In this document: one piece after another, positions 10,810 to 23,974 of the stretch | How the letters are laid out: every line of letters begins with the position of its first letter | How positions within the stretch are numbered: position 1 is the stretch's first letter | Source of the DNA: Schmidtea polychroa | Taxonomy: Eukaryota | Assembly (NCBI GenBank): GCA_044892525.1 | Contig: CM097885.1 | Location: 14,386,001-14,446,000, forward strand | Direction: 5' to 3' | DNA length: 60,000 nucleotides | Notes under the pieces: model-generated | What the model saw: the letters and a program-made list of their open reading frames with translations, nothing else | What the model was told of the DNA's origin: nothing | Databases searched by the model: none | Program-made: the position numbers and the translations under genes

Positions 10810-11355
10810 TTTAATCTGAATTTTATAAATGATAAAAGTTCATTCCTTCCTTATATATGATTATCATTTTTTTAAATATATTACGTTGCGGTATTTTCAA
10901 TGATAAAATTAGAAAATTTAAATTTTGTTTCTGAAAAAAAACTAATTCAGTAATAATTTTTTATTTTACAAATAGAACAAAATGTGCAATTATTACAGAA
11001 ATGAAAACCTGTTTAATTATTGAAATGTTTTTTTAATTAAAATTTTTTATAAATCATCCGCTTTTATGCAAATTATTTCCACGCAAGAAATTATTACGCT
11101 GAGATAACATTTTAAAATTAAAATTTCTTTTAGAAACTAATATTAATAATTAATTAATTTTTGTGAGTTGATGGATATGTCCCTTCCACACCATATCCCA
11201 TCCATACCACAACCCCTCCCTGGAGATTATTGTTAAACTCGTAATTTTATAACGAACAAGAAAATATATAGTCTATATATAGAAAAAATGCATAGTTTCC
11301 ATGGAAATGAGCTCCAAAGTCTCTAACTTCAACATCAAATACCATAATTTAACAT

Positions 11356-11435
11356 CAGTGGCGTAGCGAGGGGCGAGGGGGCGAGGGGGCGAGGGGGGCA
11401 GTTGCTCCGGGCGCCACAATTTTTGGGGCGCCGGA
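11356..11435 (+). mobile_element. hAT-type MITE terminus (CAGTGGCGTAGC..), single end; similar ends at 42458 and 56709
   Basis: GC-rich island starting CAGTGGCGTAGCGAGGGGCGAGGGGG; no partner TIR found. Confidence 0.55.
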
Positions 11436-13089
11436 TTGAACGCAATATATATAAAATATATAAATATAGCCAAGCATTGAAAATTTACCCCTTAAGTTTG
11501 TATCGTCTTGGAAATCAAAACAGCTAAATGCACGATATGATCGCGGTATCACTAAAAAATTGTGTCAACGAAGCGCTAAAAAAGTTTAATCCAATCTTTT
11601 TTTTGTTTTGTTCCTTCAAACAAATAACGCCAATGCTAAGGGGCAGTATTTTTAATTCCGTGCGCTTGTGACTGCAATCTCGAGCGCTTACAACCAGGCG
11701 TGTGTTACAGCGCGGCGGTGCCATAAAACAGATATGACAGCTAAACAAAGTTAAGCACTGCAAAAAATCCCCAAAATCAATGCACTACGCTGTATCACCG
11801 CAAAGTGCACAACAATCTTCTCGATAACATATGCACAAGTAGAATTAATACTTTTTCGACGTTTGCTTATAAACCTTATGCACGAATCACCATGTAAAGA
11901 CCAAAATAAATTTTTTTTATAAATTTGAAAACTTATTTACTTTTTTATAAATTTGAAAAACGAACGCCTTTTGTCGTACGACTAATTTCGCCGAAAAAAT
12001 TTGACCAAAACTAAATTCGTGATTAAATAATTTGGTTTATAAATAATTAAATAAAAATTTTTTTTTGGTAGATTATGATTTCGTCTTAAAAACGATTTTC
12101 GCTTAAAAAATTTTACTGGATGTTTCTTGATTAAATTAATTTTAAAACAATGATTTTACGGACAAATTGCCTTTTTCTGCGAAATCAAAGGCTATGAGAA
12201 TAAAGTGTTTTATTCTTCAAATTTATACAAAAAATGTTATAATTTTCAAATTTATGCAAAAAGTGTTCAAATTTTCACATTTATAAAAAAAGTTTATATT
12301 TTTCAAATTATTGCAAAATATGTTCTATTTTTAAAATCAACGATGAAAAAGGGATTTTATTTTTCCGTTTTCCAGTTTTTTTCTAGTTTTGTTATATTTT
12401 TATATTTTATATTTTATATTTTTTTTAAATATTATTTTAGAATTTATTAATATGCATTTTATATTTGGCGTTTTTACATATGTCTATTTTAATATTATAA
12501 AAATAAAATCATATTCTTCAACACACGGTGAAACAATGAACAAAAGCTTTAATAAAATACTTAGAAAAATTTTTTTAAAAATATGAAAGTACTTTAAAGT
12601 GAAGGTCACACCACTTGACTTAGAAAAAATTTTGAAAAATAAAAATGTCAAGAAAAATTTTCAAATTTTAAGGTCACACCACTTAGAAATTTTTATATAA
12701 AAAAATAATTGGATAAATCAACAAATTACTAGAAAAAAATCACATGGAATATTTACAAAATATTTCCAAATCAAAAATCCCCAAAATAAATTTCCCAAAA
12801 TTTAAAAAGTCCCAAAATTATTTTCTCCAAATTTTAAAAAGCCCCAAAAAACAAATTTCCCAAAATTTTCCAAAGCAAAATTTTAAAAAGATGGAAAAAT
12901 TAAAGTCTAAATTTTTAATCATACACAAAACATGCATGTCCAAGTTATTCAAATAAAAGATTAAAATCATCAACCTACATGCCCGCCGCCGCCCCAAAGA
13001 GTCAGGCGCGGTAGTTTGTAAATTAAAATAATAAATAAATGAATTAATAAATAAATAATTAAAGATTGAAAAATATTTAAAAAAAATAT

Positions 13090-14760
13090 ATTAAACAACA
13101 ATACACACTTAAGTCTGTAAATATTTCAACCATTTTGAAGTTGTCGAACTGTTTCTTGATCCATCATATCACTCTCATAATCATCAAGTTCATAGATACC
13201 TAAATAATACCCAAATGCAAGATTAGTATTTTTCCCTACCCACAATCGCTTATCATCATTGTTTGACAAGGAGATTTTTATATTTTTAAATGTGTAAATT
13301 TGATGGTTACGCGACCCTATCCTAGATTGTGGTACTTAAAATATCTCGTTAGAGTTATAACAATCGAGATATGATTGATGATTCCACTAAATTAATTCCC
13401 TTCGCTTTCATACTAGTCTTAGTGCCTAAAAGACTAACATTTTGGTCTGAAGAAAACCCATTCACTATATCCAAGTCCTTTACTCTCATCCTTAAACTTA
13501 CCGATAACAGAATCGAGTTTTCTAGAATATAAAGGATGTGAAGGATCATAATTGGATGTGTCAAGCAGATTATCTCTAATCATTGGCGGTAATAATACAT
13601 TTAATTTACAGTCTTTAATTTCTAAAAAGAAAGAGTCTGTATCTCCGGAAACAATATTTATTTTACAATGAAACTCGCACCTATACTTGTCCAATTCAAT
13701 ATATTGAAGTTGATACATGCGCAGTTTAGATAGATCTAGTACAGACTGCCCAATATAGCTGGGTCTATCTAAACAGATTTGATCCTTGTTCAAATGTTCC
13801 GCAACTAAATCACAAGTAATTGTGATAGATTTTCTAAATTAAGGTTTTGATGCATATGTAATAAGCTTTTCTGCGGAGTTACAAAGTCTCAAATTCATGC
13901 GCTTTTTTAAATTTTCGACTGATTTACCATATAGGCTATTATTGTAAAGTTTAAATAAATCTCTATAAAGCTCGCTAGTAGAAGTCACACCTAATTGCGT
14001 GTTTTTGTCAATATATGTTTTAAAAATTGATGCTTGTTTAAATTTAATGGCACGATGAACATTTACAACGACTGCCCCCCAATTCAATATAAAATTTTAA
14101 AAGTCTCTAATGAAGAATATGGTTCTTCTTGGCCCAATGCGTGAGCATCAACTTTTCAACTTTAGAACCGGGTGGACATATCTTATCCGGAGCAAGAGGA
14201 AAATCTTTCAAAAAACCATGCAACAGATTAGGGATATTTATATCGACTTCCATAGTGTAACCATATGAAAGTGTTTCAATATCCGAATTTATACACTCAT
14301 GCAATATAGATTCAAGATTATTATAAACCCAAGTAAAATCGGCATAAGGAAGTTTGTGGCTAAGAGCCCAACCATACAAATTATTAATATCAATATATAA
14401 TAATTCTGTGTTCTCCGATGTTGAAACATGATGCTGGTTAACAAATGTCAAACCACCTCGTATTCCTCCCTCATAAAAATTGAACATTTCCATATCCTGC
14501 AAAAGTTCTATCGGCTTTTGTAACGTAATGAATGCTGATGCCTATGACATACCAGGAATGCCATAGAAATTCAGAGGTTTAAGGCCATTGTAAGCAATGG
14601 CCTTTGCGCGGAATTGTTGGAAATAATCAGCCAAGAGAAATACATCTAATTTAAGATAAGTTAACAAGTAGTTCAAAAGATTATTACAATTCTGCCGAGT
14701 CCAAATTTGTTAGGCAGTAGCATATTCATCTGCCGTAACACCATCCAAAAGTAGGTAATT
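13090..14760 (-). pseudogene. Protein-primed family B DNA polymerase of Maverick/Polinton type, fragmented
   Basis: YLKLDVFLLADYF, GGIRGG, YIDINNLYGWAL, FKLYNNSLYGKSVEN, YIGQSVLDLSK, GDTDSFF, IGKFKDE, NDDKR; multiple stops and frameshifts. Confidence 0.95.
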
Positions 14761-14989
14761 AGAGGCTCCCTGGATCAAGCACCCATGGCGGGGGGGTGGG
14801 GGTTTTGCTCCAGGAATTTCTTTCTGCTTTTTGATTATGCAATTACTCCAGTAATATTTTGTAATATTTTTCAATACATTTAGATAGGCCCTATAGAAAA
14901 AAGACCAAGATTTATCAGTCTATAGTGAGGGGGTCTCCTTGGTCCTGGGATTTTCAATACAAAATCCTATTATCACTAAAAAAGCATAG

Positions 14990-15872
14990 TAACTTCTTCA
15001 GCCACTCGATTCTTCTTTCTTTCGCTCCTTCTTGTGAATGTAGTTCGACTCGATGAGGTGATAGAAATCTGGCGATTTTATATGGGCCATCGTATTGCAT
15101 ACCATCCTTGTGCCTGTTCTGCGGCTTTTTACGTATGAGTATCTCCTCCCCTACCTCGAAAACACGAGTGCCCATCTTTGTCTTATCCATAGCTCTCATA
15201 GTGTCTGCGGCTTTACTCGAGTTAAATCTCGCGTCTTCGATTCTTTCGCTTCTTGATATCTCAGCTTGTTTCAGGTTAGAGTGTAGGTTAACACTCCGTC
15301 CATAAATTATCTCAAATGGTGATAAACCTGTAGCACTTTGTCGACTGCTATTTATAGTGAACTCTATTCTGGGTAGACGTTCGTGCCAGTTTCTCTCTTC
15401 ACATCCGCCTGCCAATGTTGCTGTAATAAGATCTCTTATCGTTCGTATGGCTCTTTCGGCTAAACCATTTGATTGGTGTTGATAAGGTGAGCTGAATTCC
15501 TGTTTGATTCCAAGTTTCTGGAGCTTCTGTCTTAGGAAATTCCTTTCGAAATTTCGGCCTCTATCTGTTAAAATACTCTTCGGTTTTCCAAAACGATAGA
15601 TCCAACTATTAAGTATTGTTTTGAAAATGGTCCCTTCGTCTTGCTTTGTGATTGCAGTTAAAGAAATCAGTTTGCTATAACGGTCCACCATTACTACCAT
15701 ATATTTTTTTTGGCGTTTATTTCCATGTAAGCCACATCTATAACAATCTGTTCTAGGAATTCAGAGCTATACTTTTTCCATAGCTTCTGTTCTTTGGATA
15801 GTATATATATATCTAATCTTTGATTTTCCTTCCTTAGCTTCTTCATGTCTTGTTTGACACTGGGTGCAAACC

Positions 15873-15873
<1 letters not shown>
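14990..15873 (-). mobile_element. Partial second copy of the Gypsy integrase region with an internal deletion
   Basis: Near-identical to ~17495-18760, but ~370 bp are missing at ~15770. Confidence 0.92.
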
Positions 15874-15924
<51 letters not shown>

Positions 15925-15927
<3 letters not shown>

Positions 15928-16410
15928 GGGTTATTGAGTTGGTGACAATATTTGTAAATTCAAACCTTTAATCTGGCTCCAAAGCGTGTTTATTAATTCA
16001 CAATTCAACACTCTCGAACACAATAAGCTTTATTAATATCCACACGTAATAGTACAAATTTCAATTACAACCAATTAACTATAACCAATTTATCACACAG
16101 AGCTTATTTCGACACTACGTGAATAGCCCTTTCTGTAATAACAGCAATAATCACTAGCTGTCAACTACTCAATCACAGAATATGCTGATCGATTGTTCTA
16201 TTTGCTTTGAACACACAATTTATTTAATCCACCTTTACTTTATATTCAATTTTATACAAGATTCTTGTCACTTCTCTTTTCACTCTGTTTTGATTCCCCT
16301 TTTTACTCTGTCGTCTCTAATTTTACTCTACTTTTTGCCTCTAATTTCGTTTCGTTTTGCTCTCAACTTCGTTCTGTTTCCCTTCTACTTTTCGCTCCAA
16401 ATTTGTCACA
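15925..16410. repeat. Truncated LTR-family fragment bounded by (ATT)n tracts (15875-15927 and 16411-16486)
   Basis: Similar to the start of the solo LTR at 55009 and to 59497-60000. Confidence 0.75.
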
Positions 16411-16416
16411 TTATTA

Positions 16417-16486
<70 letters not shown>

Positions 16487-16487
<1 letters not shown>

Positions 16488-17318
16488 AGATAACGCCAAT
16501 CAAATACATTTTTCACGATATATTTCGGCATTTTTCGACAGTCAAATAAATTAAATAGTGTGAGCAAGGATGATGAGCCTAAATTTGTGTTAGTATTGCC
16601 GTACTCAGAAGGTTTTAAGGATTATAAAGTGAATATAAGAAAGCAGTTAGGCAATTTAAACTATAGGATAGTGTCAACTTCATGGAAAGTACGCAATATG
16701 TTTATTAATAAGTAAAAAACTCTGGTCGAATTGTGTTCCGATCTCGTTTATCAGTTTACATGTAATGGGGGTAATGCCACATACATTGGAGAAACTTCCC
16801 GCCATCTCTGTATTCGAACTCAAGAGCATTATAGACCGAAGGCATTGACCCATATTGGTGAGCACAATAAGGGCTGTAAGATTAAAATAGGAATGTCTGA
16901 TTTCAAAATTTTATAAAAAAATTTCGATAATTATTGGGAACGTGTGATTTGTGAGGCGTTGTTGATAAAATCATTGAATCCGAAAATTAATGTGCAGAAT
17001 GCAGTGAATACTTGTGTTGTAAATGTTTTTAAATAATTTTTTTTTCTTGTATATTGTATGTATTGATTGTTGTGTTAAATTAAATAATTAATAAAATTTT
17101 ATTAAATTAAATTTTGAATGTTTAAATTTTAAAAATAATATATTAATTTAATTATAATTTTTAAAAATATTTAAATGTTTTTATTAAATAAAAACGTTTT
17201 ATATAATTAATAAATTTGTTTAAAATCCTTAATTTACATAGTTATTATATCCCACCTAATGATGACAGGAAAACTGTCGAAATATATCGTGAAAAGAATG
17301 TTTGATTGGCGTTATCTT
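16487..17318 (+). mobile_element. Penelope-like element 3' fragment (GIY-YIG endonuclease remnant) with inverted terminal pLTR pieces
   Basis: VLPYSEG..LVYQFTCNGGNATYIGETSRHLCIRTQEH..EALLIKSLNPKINVQ. 16487-16527 is the inverted copy of 17278-17319. Confidence 0.9.
17253..17291 (+). ncRNA. Minimal hammerhead ribozyme motif of the Penelope pLTR (core mutated to CUAAUGA)
   Basis: CAC-CTAATGA-T-GACAG-GAAAA-CTGTC-GAAA-TATA-TC-GTG: stem I, stem II, palindromic tetranucleotide and UC cleavage site. Confidence 0.7.
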
Positions 17319-17480
17319 AGTTAAATCCATCTTTAGATCCATCTTTAAATTTGCAGCAAAAATCTTGGAACTAACAATATATATTTAATCAAAGAATTTA
17401 TAAATAACAAGTTTTAATTAATTCACAAAAACCGCAAATTCCTAATTATTAAAACAACAAGATATCTAACTCACCCCTTC

Positions 17481-18675
17481 TTAAGACTTTTTCCACTTCT
17501 TCAGCCACTCGATTCTTCTTTCTTTCGTTCCTTTTTGTGAATGTAGTTCGACTCGATGAGGTGATAGAAATCTGGCGATTTTATATGGGCCATCGTATTG
17601 CATACCATCCTTGTGCCTGTTCTGCGGCTCTTTACGTACGAGTACCTCCTCCCCCACCTCGAAAACACGAGTGCCCCTCTTTGTCTTATCCATAGCTCTC
17701 ATAGTGTCTGCGGCTTTACTCGAGTTAAATCTCGCGTCTTCGATTCTTTCGCTTCTTGATATCTCGGCTTGTTTCAGGTTAGAGTGTAGGTTAACACTCC
17801 GTCCATAAATTATCTCAAATGGTGATAAACCTGTAGCACTTTGTCGACTGCTATTTATAGTGAACTCTATTCTGGGTAGAAGTTCGTGCCAGTTTCTCTC
17901 TTCACATCCGCCTGCCAATGTTGCTGTAATAAGATCTCTTATCGTTCGTATGGCTCTTTCGGCTAAACCATTTGATTGGTGCTGATAAGGTGAGCTGAAT
18001 TCCTGTTTGATTCCAAGTTTCTGTAGCTTCTGTCTTAGGAAATTCCCTTCGAAATTTCGACCTCTATCTGTTAAAATACTCTTCGGTTTTCCAAATCGAT
18101 AGATCCAACTATTAAGTATTGTTTTGAAAATGGTCCCTTCGTCTTGCTTTGTGATTGCAGTTAAAGAAATCAGTTTGCTATAACGGTCCACCATTACTAC
18201 CATATATTTTTTTTGGCGTTTATTTCCATGTAAGCCACATCTATAACAATCTGTTCTAGGAATTCAGAGCTATATCTAGGAATAAATGTTTCCTTGGTTC
18301 TTGTCTGATCGATCTTTCTCTTAGCGCAGATCTCGCAACATTGTAAACAGAGTTGGATTGTTTCTTGCATTTTCGGCCAATAAAATATCTTTTCCATATA
18401 ATGAAATAATTTCTTAACTCCAATGTGACATAGTTCTTCATGTAGTGTTGTTGTTAACAGGCCTGCAAATGTTTCTGGGACTAACATTAAGATATTTTTG
18501 TTCTTTTCTACTGTTATTAATCCTCCATAAATTTGTGTATTTTTTACGTTAAAAGGAAAACAATTCTTTTTCTCCCGTGTACATCCATTTTCCAATATCT
18601 CTCGCAGCTCTCGAAACCGAATGTCCTTTTGTTGTTGTTCCCATACTTTTTCCATAGCTTCTGTTCTTTGGATAG

Positions 18676-18706
<31 letters not shown>

Positions 18707-20600
18707 AATCTTTGATTTTCCTTCTTTAGCTTCTTCATGTCTTGTTTGACACTGGGTGCAAACCATACTTTTTAATCTTGATAGTCCATCTGCATTTGAG
18801 TGTTCTTCGCCTTTCCGATATTTTAGTTCAAAATCATATTCCGACAGGTTAGCTAACCATGTTTGGAATTGCGGACTGATTGGCGTTTTTGTAGTGTTCA
18901 TGAAAACCAATGCCTTGTGGTCGGTGCGAATTATGAATTTTTTTCCGTACAGATATTCTCTAAAATGCATGACGTATTCATGTACGGCGAGCAGTTCTTT
19001 CCTGGTTACACAGTATCCCTTTTCATGTGATGACATATGTCTCGAGCCATAAGCTATGACAGATTCTTCTCCATCTTCTGTAATTTGACTCAAAACTGCA
19101 CCAATGGCTCCGAAACTAGCGTCTGTGTCTAAGATAAAAGTCCTATCTTCTCTTGGAAAATCAAGGATAGGTGCTTCGCACAACCGTCTCTTCAGAGTTT
19201 GGAAGCTCTCATTGCATTCTTTAGTCCAATTTATATCTTTATCGCATCCAGATGTTGCAGCGTATAATGGTTCGGCGATTTTGGCATAGTCTTTGATGAA
19301 TCTTCTATAGTAGTTCGTTAATCCGAGAAACGATCTCAATTGTTTTGAACATTTTGGTACTTCTGCTTTCTCGATCTCTTCCACTTTCTTCCTGTTTGTC
19401 TGGATACCCTTCTCGTTAATTGTGTGACCAAGGAAACACAATTCTGTTTTATTGAATTTGCATTTTTCTGGATTTATCTTAAGTCCTGCCAATTTAATTC
19501 TTCTGAATATTTCCCTTAATAGCTCATCGTGGTCTTTTTGACTTTTACCATATACCAAGATATCATCTAGATAAACTACTACTCCCTTGAATAGCATTCC
19601 TTCTAGAACTGTGTGCATCAGTCTCTGGAATGTCGCAGGAGCTGTTGCTAAGCCAAACGGTAGTCTATTGAAGCAAAATTGTCCTTCTCTTGTACTGAAT
19701 GCAGTCATTTCTTGAATTTCTGGAGCCAACTCCACTTGATAATACGCCTGACATAAACCGATTGACGAAAATACTTTTGCATTCGCGAGACAGTCTAGTA
19801 AGAATTTGGTGTTAGGCATAGGAAATGACTCTTTTTCTGTTATGGAATTTAATCCAGGATAATCTACACACATCCTGATAGATCCATCTTTCTTCCCTAC
19901 TATAACTAACGGGGCGTTCCAAGGACTCTTGCCACATCGAATAACATTTGCTTTCATTAACTCTTTTATCAGTTCTTTAATCCTTTTCTCCATGTGCATT
20001 GGTTGACGTCGAGGATGTTGCATTATTGGGCCTCCTGTTATCCGCATCTCATGTCGAACTAAGTTTGTAAATCCCAGATCGAATTTCGATGCCATAAAAA
20101 TTCCGCCGTATTCCCTGATCATTCCTTCAATATCTTTATTATTGTCACCTGCCATCGCCACTAGTGCTTTATTTATTCTTTCTTCATCAGTGTAAATTTT
20201 GTTTATCAATGACGTTTCTATATTATTGATTTTCACTAACTTAACTCCAAACTCTTTCATTGTATCAATGCCCCCTATGAATTCGGGTTTGATCTCTTTT
20301 ACCACTACTACTGTGATTTTTTTGGTCTTCTGATTCCATGTGGCCGGTATAGTCATGTATCCCATTGCTTATTCACCTCCAGTTGAAAAAACTCCGCACA
20401 ATAATATCATACTACGTTTAAGTTCTGGTTTGCCTATTTTCTCCCACAAACTCTTGCTCATGACTGTTAGTGATGCTCCAGAATCCCATAACATCTCTGT
20501 TTCGGCATTATTCAACATTATTTTACTCCAATTTCTTCCATCTTTCGTCTGGTACATCTCTTCTTCTGCCTCGCCTCTTCGTCGTTCATTTCTTATTTCA
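17481..20600 (-). pseudogene. Gypsy pol (protease, RT, RNase H, integrase), stop at ~20369 and frameshift at ~18205
   Basis: WDSGAS, LPFGL, YLDD, FILDTDAS, HHCC finger, ILTDRG..SNGLAER and GPY motif. Confidence 0.96.
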
Positions 20601-20604
20601 CAAT

Positions 20605-21900
20605 TTATTGTCTTGACTCCACCGACGAAATGAAACCCATGGAGTCGCTGTTGTTTTTTCCGTCTTCTCTCAATATAGTATATTTTTCAGGGACATTGTA
20701 TCTATCTTCAATGTCGCTGTGAGCAGTTCTGAAATCCTGGCTGTTTTCGGTGTAATCTCTTCTTTCAGATTTTGAATCTTCTTCTTCTATGCACGCTATT
20801 CTTTGATATCGGTGTGGAACCTCTTTCTGTAACGAAAAACAATCTCGGAAACCGTGACCTTCCTTGCCACATATCAGGCATTTATTTCCCAGTAGACACT
20901 CATACCTTCTGTGTCCCTTTTCGCCACAGCAAAAACAATCACCTACCGTTAATTTTGGGACCGATGCTTGTGGGAGTCCTCTACTTTCTTTATACAGCCT
21001 CCTTGCTATATTCTTCATGGATATTGTTGGCAGCTTCCTTTCTGAGCAATTCGGGATTCTCGCATTTCTCAAGAATTGTTCTCTTGGAGATTGTTCTCGA
21101 CGACCATGGTTATTTCCTTCATATTGTATTGGTCCGCGTATAGGATGTTCGTCTCTTCTTGATCTGTGGTGACTAAATCGGTCTTCTGATTGCCTTCTTT
21201 TTGGTGATGTAGGCATGTGATTTTGGGTATTCTGTTGAATTCTCATCTGTCCTCCCTCAGTCACGCTAGCGTATGTTCTTTGACCGATTGCTTTAACAAA
21301 TTCTGTTTTATGGTTTCCATTTTTGTTACTTTCAAAAGTTTTCGCCAATTATCTCGTTTCTTCAATTTTTGTTTCTGGTTTCGTCAATAGTATCTCCCGC
21401 AGTCTCGCATCGCGTGCTTTATTTGAGATGAGGTCTTGAACAATATCTTCTTCTGATCGTCCTGAATTTACAACTTCAGCTAAAGCTTTTCTTAGCCGTA
21501 TCTTAAAAGCTGCAAACCTTTCATCATCTTCCTGTTCCATAGCTGCCAATTCTCTGATTTTGTCAGTTATAGATTTTGTAATTGTGAACGTATTTAAGAA
21601 CCACGCTTTGGCTTTTACATCTGTTGTTTCTGTTTCTCTGACGTTTCCCCACAATGTCTTTGCTTCTGCCACTAATAACACATCGAAAGTGCTTGTCAAT
21701 CGCTGTCCATTTGTCAGCAACCATTCTTCTATATCTCTGATCCATTCTTCGGCTTCTTTTAAACCTCGTCCATCATATCGTCTGATGTTCAGTGTGAGCA
21801 TGTATTGGCATGATTTCGGTAGGCATTCCATTAGCGATTTTGTCGATTTCGAAATGGCGTTGATATTTTGATTTTCGGCTTGGTCGCCAGTTAAATCCAT
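20605..21900 (-). pseudogene. Gypsy gag with two CCHC zinc knuckles, in-frame stop at 21349-21351
   Basis: CFCCGEKGHRRYEC and CLICGKEGHGFRDC; two abutting ORFs in the same frame. Confidence 0.9.
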
Positions 21901-22031
21901 CTTTAAATTTGCAGCAAAAATCTTGAAACTAACAATATATATTTAATCAAAGAATTTATAAATAACAAGTTTTAATTAATTCACAAAAACCGCAAATTCC
22001 TAATTATTCAAACAACAAGATATCTAACTAA

Positions 22032-22380
22032 GTAAATTAAAGTAATGTAATAAGTAAATTAAAGTAATAATTTTTAAATTTATTAACAAAAAAATTTATT
22101 AACAAATGAAATTTTTTATGAAATAATTTTTAAAGTCAATTTTTAATAGAAATTTTTATTGAATATTTTTTAAGTTAATTTTAAATGAAAAGTTTTATGA
22201 ATTAATAATATTTCAACTAATACTATACAACACATAAAAATTAACTAGACACATAACTAAACCCATAAAAATTAACTAGGCACATAAAAATTAACTAGAG
22301 CAAAAGTAAAATATAAAATTTATTCAATAAGTTCTAATTGTTCTACGTGTAATTTTTCTCATTGCATTTCAAATACAAAA
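22032..22380 (+). repeat. Duplicate of the H2B 3' flank (~10121-10433) without H2B coding sequence
   Basis: Shared TTTATTCAATAAGTTCTAATTGTTCTACGTGTAATTTTTCTCATTGCA and the upstream AT-rich block. Confidence 0.85.
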
Positions 22381-23462
22381 ATTACAACCAATTCCCAAAA
22401 TATTTCGTTTCAGAAGATCTTGTAATTTTCTGTACACATTATTGACACCTTTACGGGTGCGTCCTCGAAAATTAGTTTTTGTGTTATCAGCCGAGAGCGC
22501 CAAAATTTTCTTATTCAAATTGTTGTCTGTTATAACTTGAAATAAGTGATTAGACAAAATGTCTGATGTTTCCCCTTCGATTGATTCCAAATTTAAAATC
22601 TTAATTTGAATACCGTTCTTAATATCGAAATACCTTACTAAAATTGGATAAAGTTTTATTTCAGTGTGATTCGATGCGCCTGATACAGAATCCAGATTTT
22701 CTGATAGCATTTTCTTGCAGTATTCATTAAATACGCTGGTTACGATAGACTCACATTTTGTTCGCGCACAAGAAAATTTTTCGTCACAAATTTTTTTTAA
22801 TAATTTAGTAGTACAGTCCATGCTGCGAAAACTTTGATTATGGGCTATTGGGTGAAAAGCGAAAGTATCCTCCATAACTGCCAATTTTTTTCATTAGTTC
22901 CAAAGTATTCCCTTTAAAAATGTTGTCAGTTTGGATTTTAAGCTACTGTGTCATGAGACGTTTTATGTACTTTAGTTTCAATGTGTGCCGTTATTAGACT
23001 ACGTCCATGAATTGCAATTGAAAATTCCCTATTGCAGATTGTGCATTTAACCAATGAGTTATACTTTCCATTTTTAACTACAATAAACGAAAACTCTTTT
23101 TTTAAATTTTCGTTTAAACAATTTTTTTTCTTTTGTTATCGCTCATATTTGAATTAATAATCTAAAAATTATATTATAAAATAATTAGTAATATATTTTT
23201 TATTTTGATTTTAAATAAATATTATAATCTGATATTATTTAAGTAAAATGAAAATTAAACTATAATAAATCAAATCACTATCAAAATAATTTTAAATATT
23301 TAATTAATAAAATTGAAATAAAATAATCTAAAAAAATGTTTTAGAAATACAAATGAGTATAAAATTATACAAATGAGTACTTTCAGAGTACAGGATTTGA
23401 AAAGAGTACGGTTTGCGAAAAAAGAGTACAAAATTCAGTAAATGAGTATAGTTGGTCACCTT
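22381..23462 (-). mobile_element. hAT-like transposon 5' fragment with transposase remnant
   Basis: HNQSFRSMDC..FSCARTKCESIV..LYPILVRYFD..LSADNT; the minus-strand terminus AAGGTGACCAAC has GAGTAC subterminal repeats. Confidence 0.75.
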
Positions 23463-23974
23463 AATATTAATGATGTGGAGGTAATAAATCAAGTATTAAT
23501 AATATAAATAATTAACGATCCAAGTAATAGTATTTGAGTATGTTAGTAGCTAATGATAACATGGGTTATTAAACCAAGGCTAATAAAATCATTTAATAAC
23601 AATAATTTTGGTTTTAATTAGCTTACGTATTTTAATAATTAAGCTGGTATAGATATCATACAAATACTGCATAATGTAAATATAATTTATTCAATGGACA
23701 ATTTTGGTGGTATGAAGCCTTTACATATAAAATTCAAGTTTCCAAATATCAAATTTAGTGGAATAAATGGACTACCGGAGTACTTGTTTTGTGAAATTTT
23801 ACATCTGGAGACCTTGTCTAAATTTATATCTTAATCGTAACTCATGTAAATAATGTTTTTAATATATTATATATTATATTATACATATATTTATATTATA
23901 CATATATTTTAATTGCTGTTGAGATTTGGTTCTACAAGTACTATAAAATTCGGAGTAGAAATTTTAGTAATGTC

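Larger units (their letters stand above)
17319..22029 (-). mobile_element. Ty3/Gypsy LTR retrotransposon, structurally complete but inactivated
   Basis: LTRs 17319-17471 and 21889-22029 (AGTTA..TAACT); PBS TGGCGACCAAG overlapping the 5' LTR end; PPT GAAGGGGTG; order gag-PR-RT-RH-INT; no TSD seen. Confidence 0.96.

Noticed and set aside
21349..21351. Programmed readthrough at the in-frame gag stop (and at 20369)
   Set aside because: Both are TAA within domains and the element has other lesions, so simple decay is more likely; they are not UGA/Sec codons.
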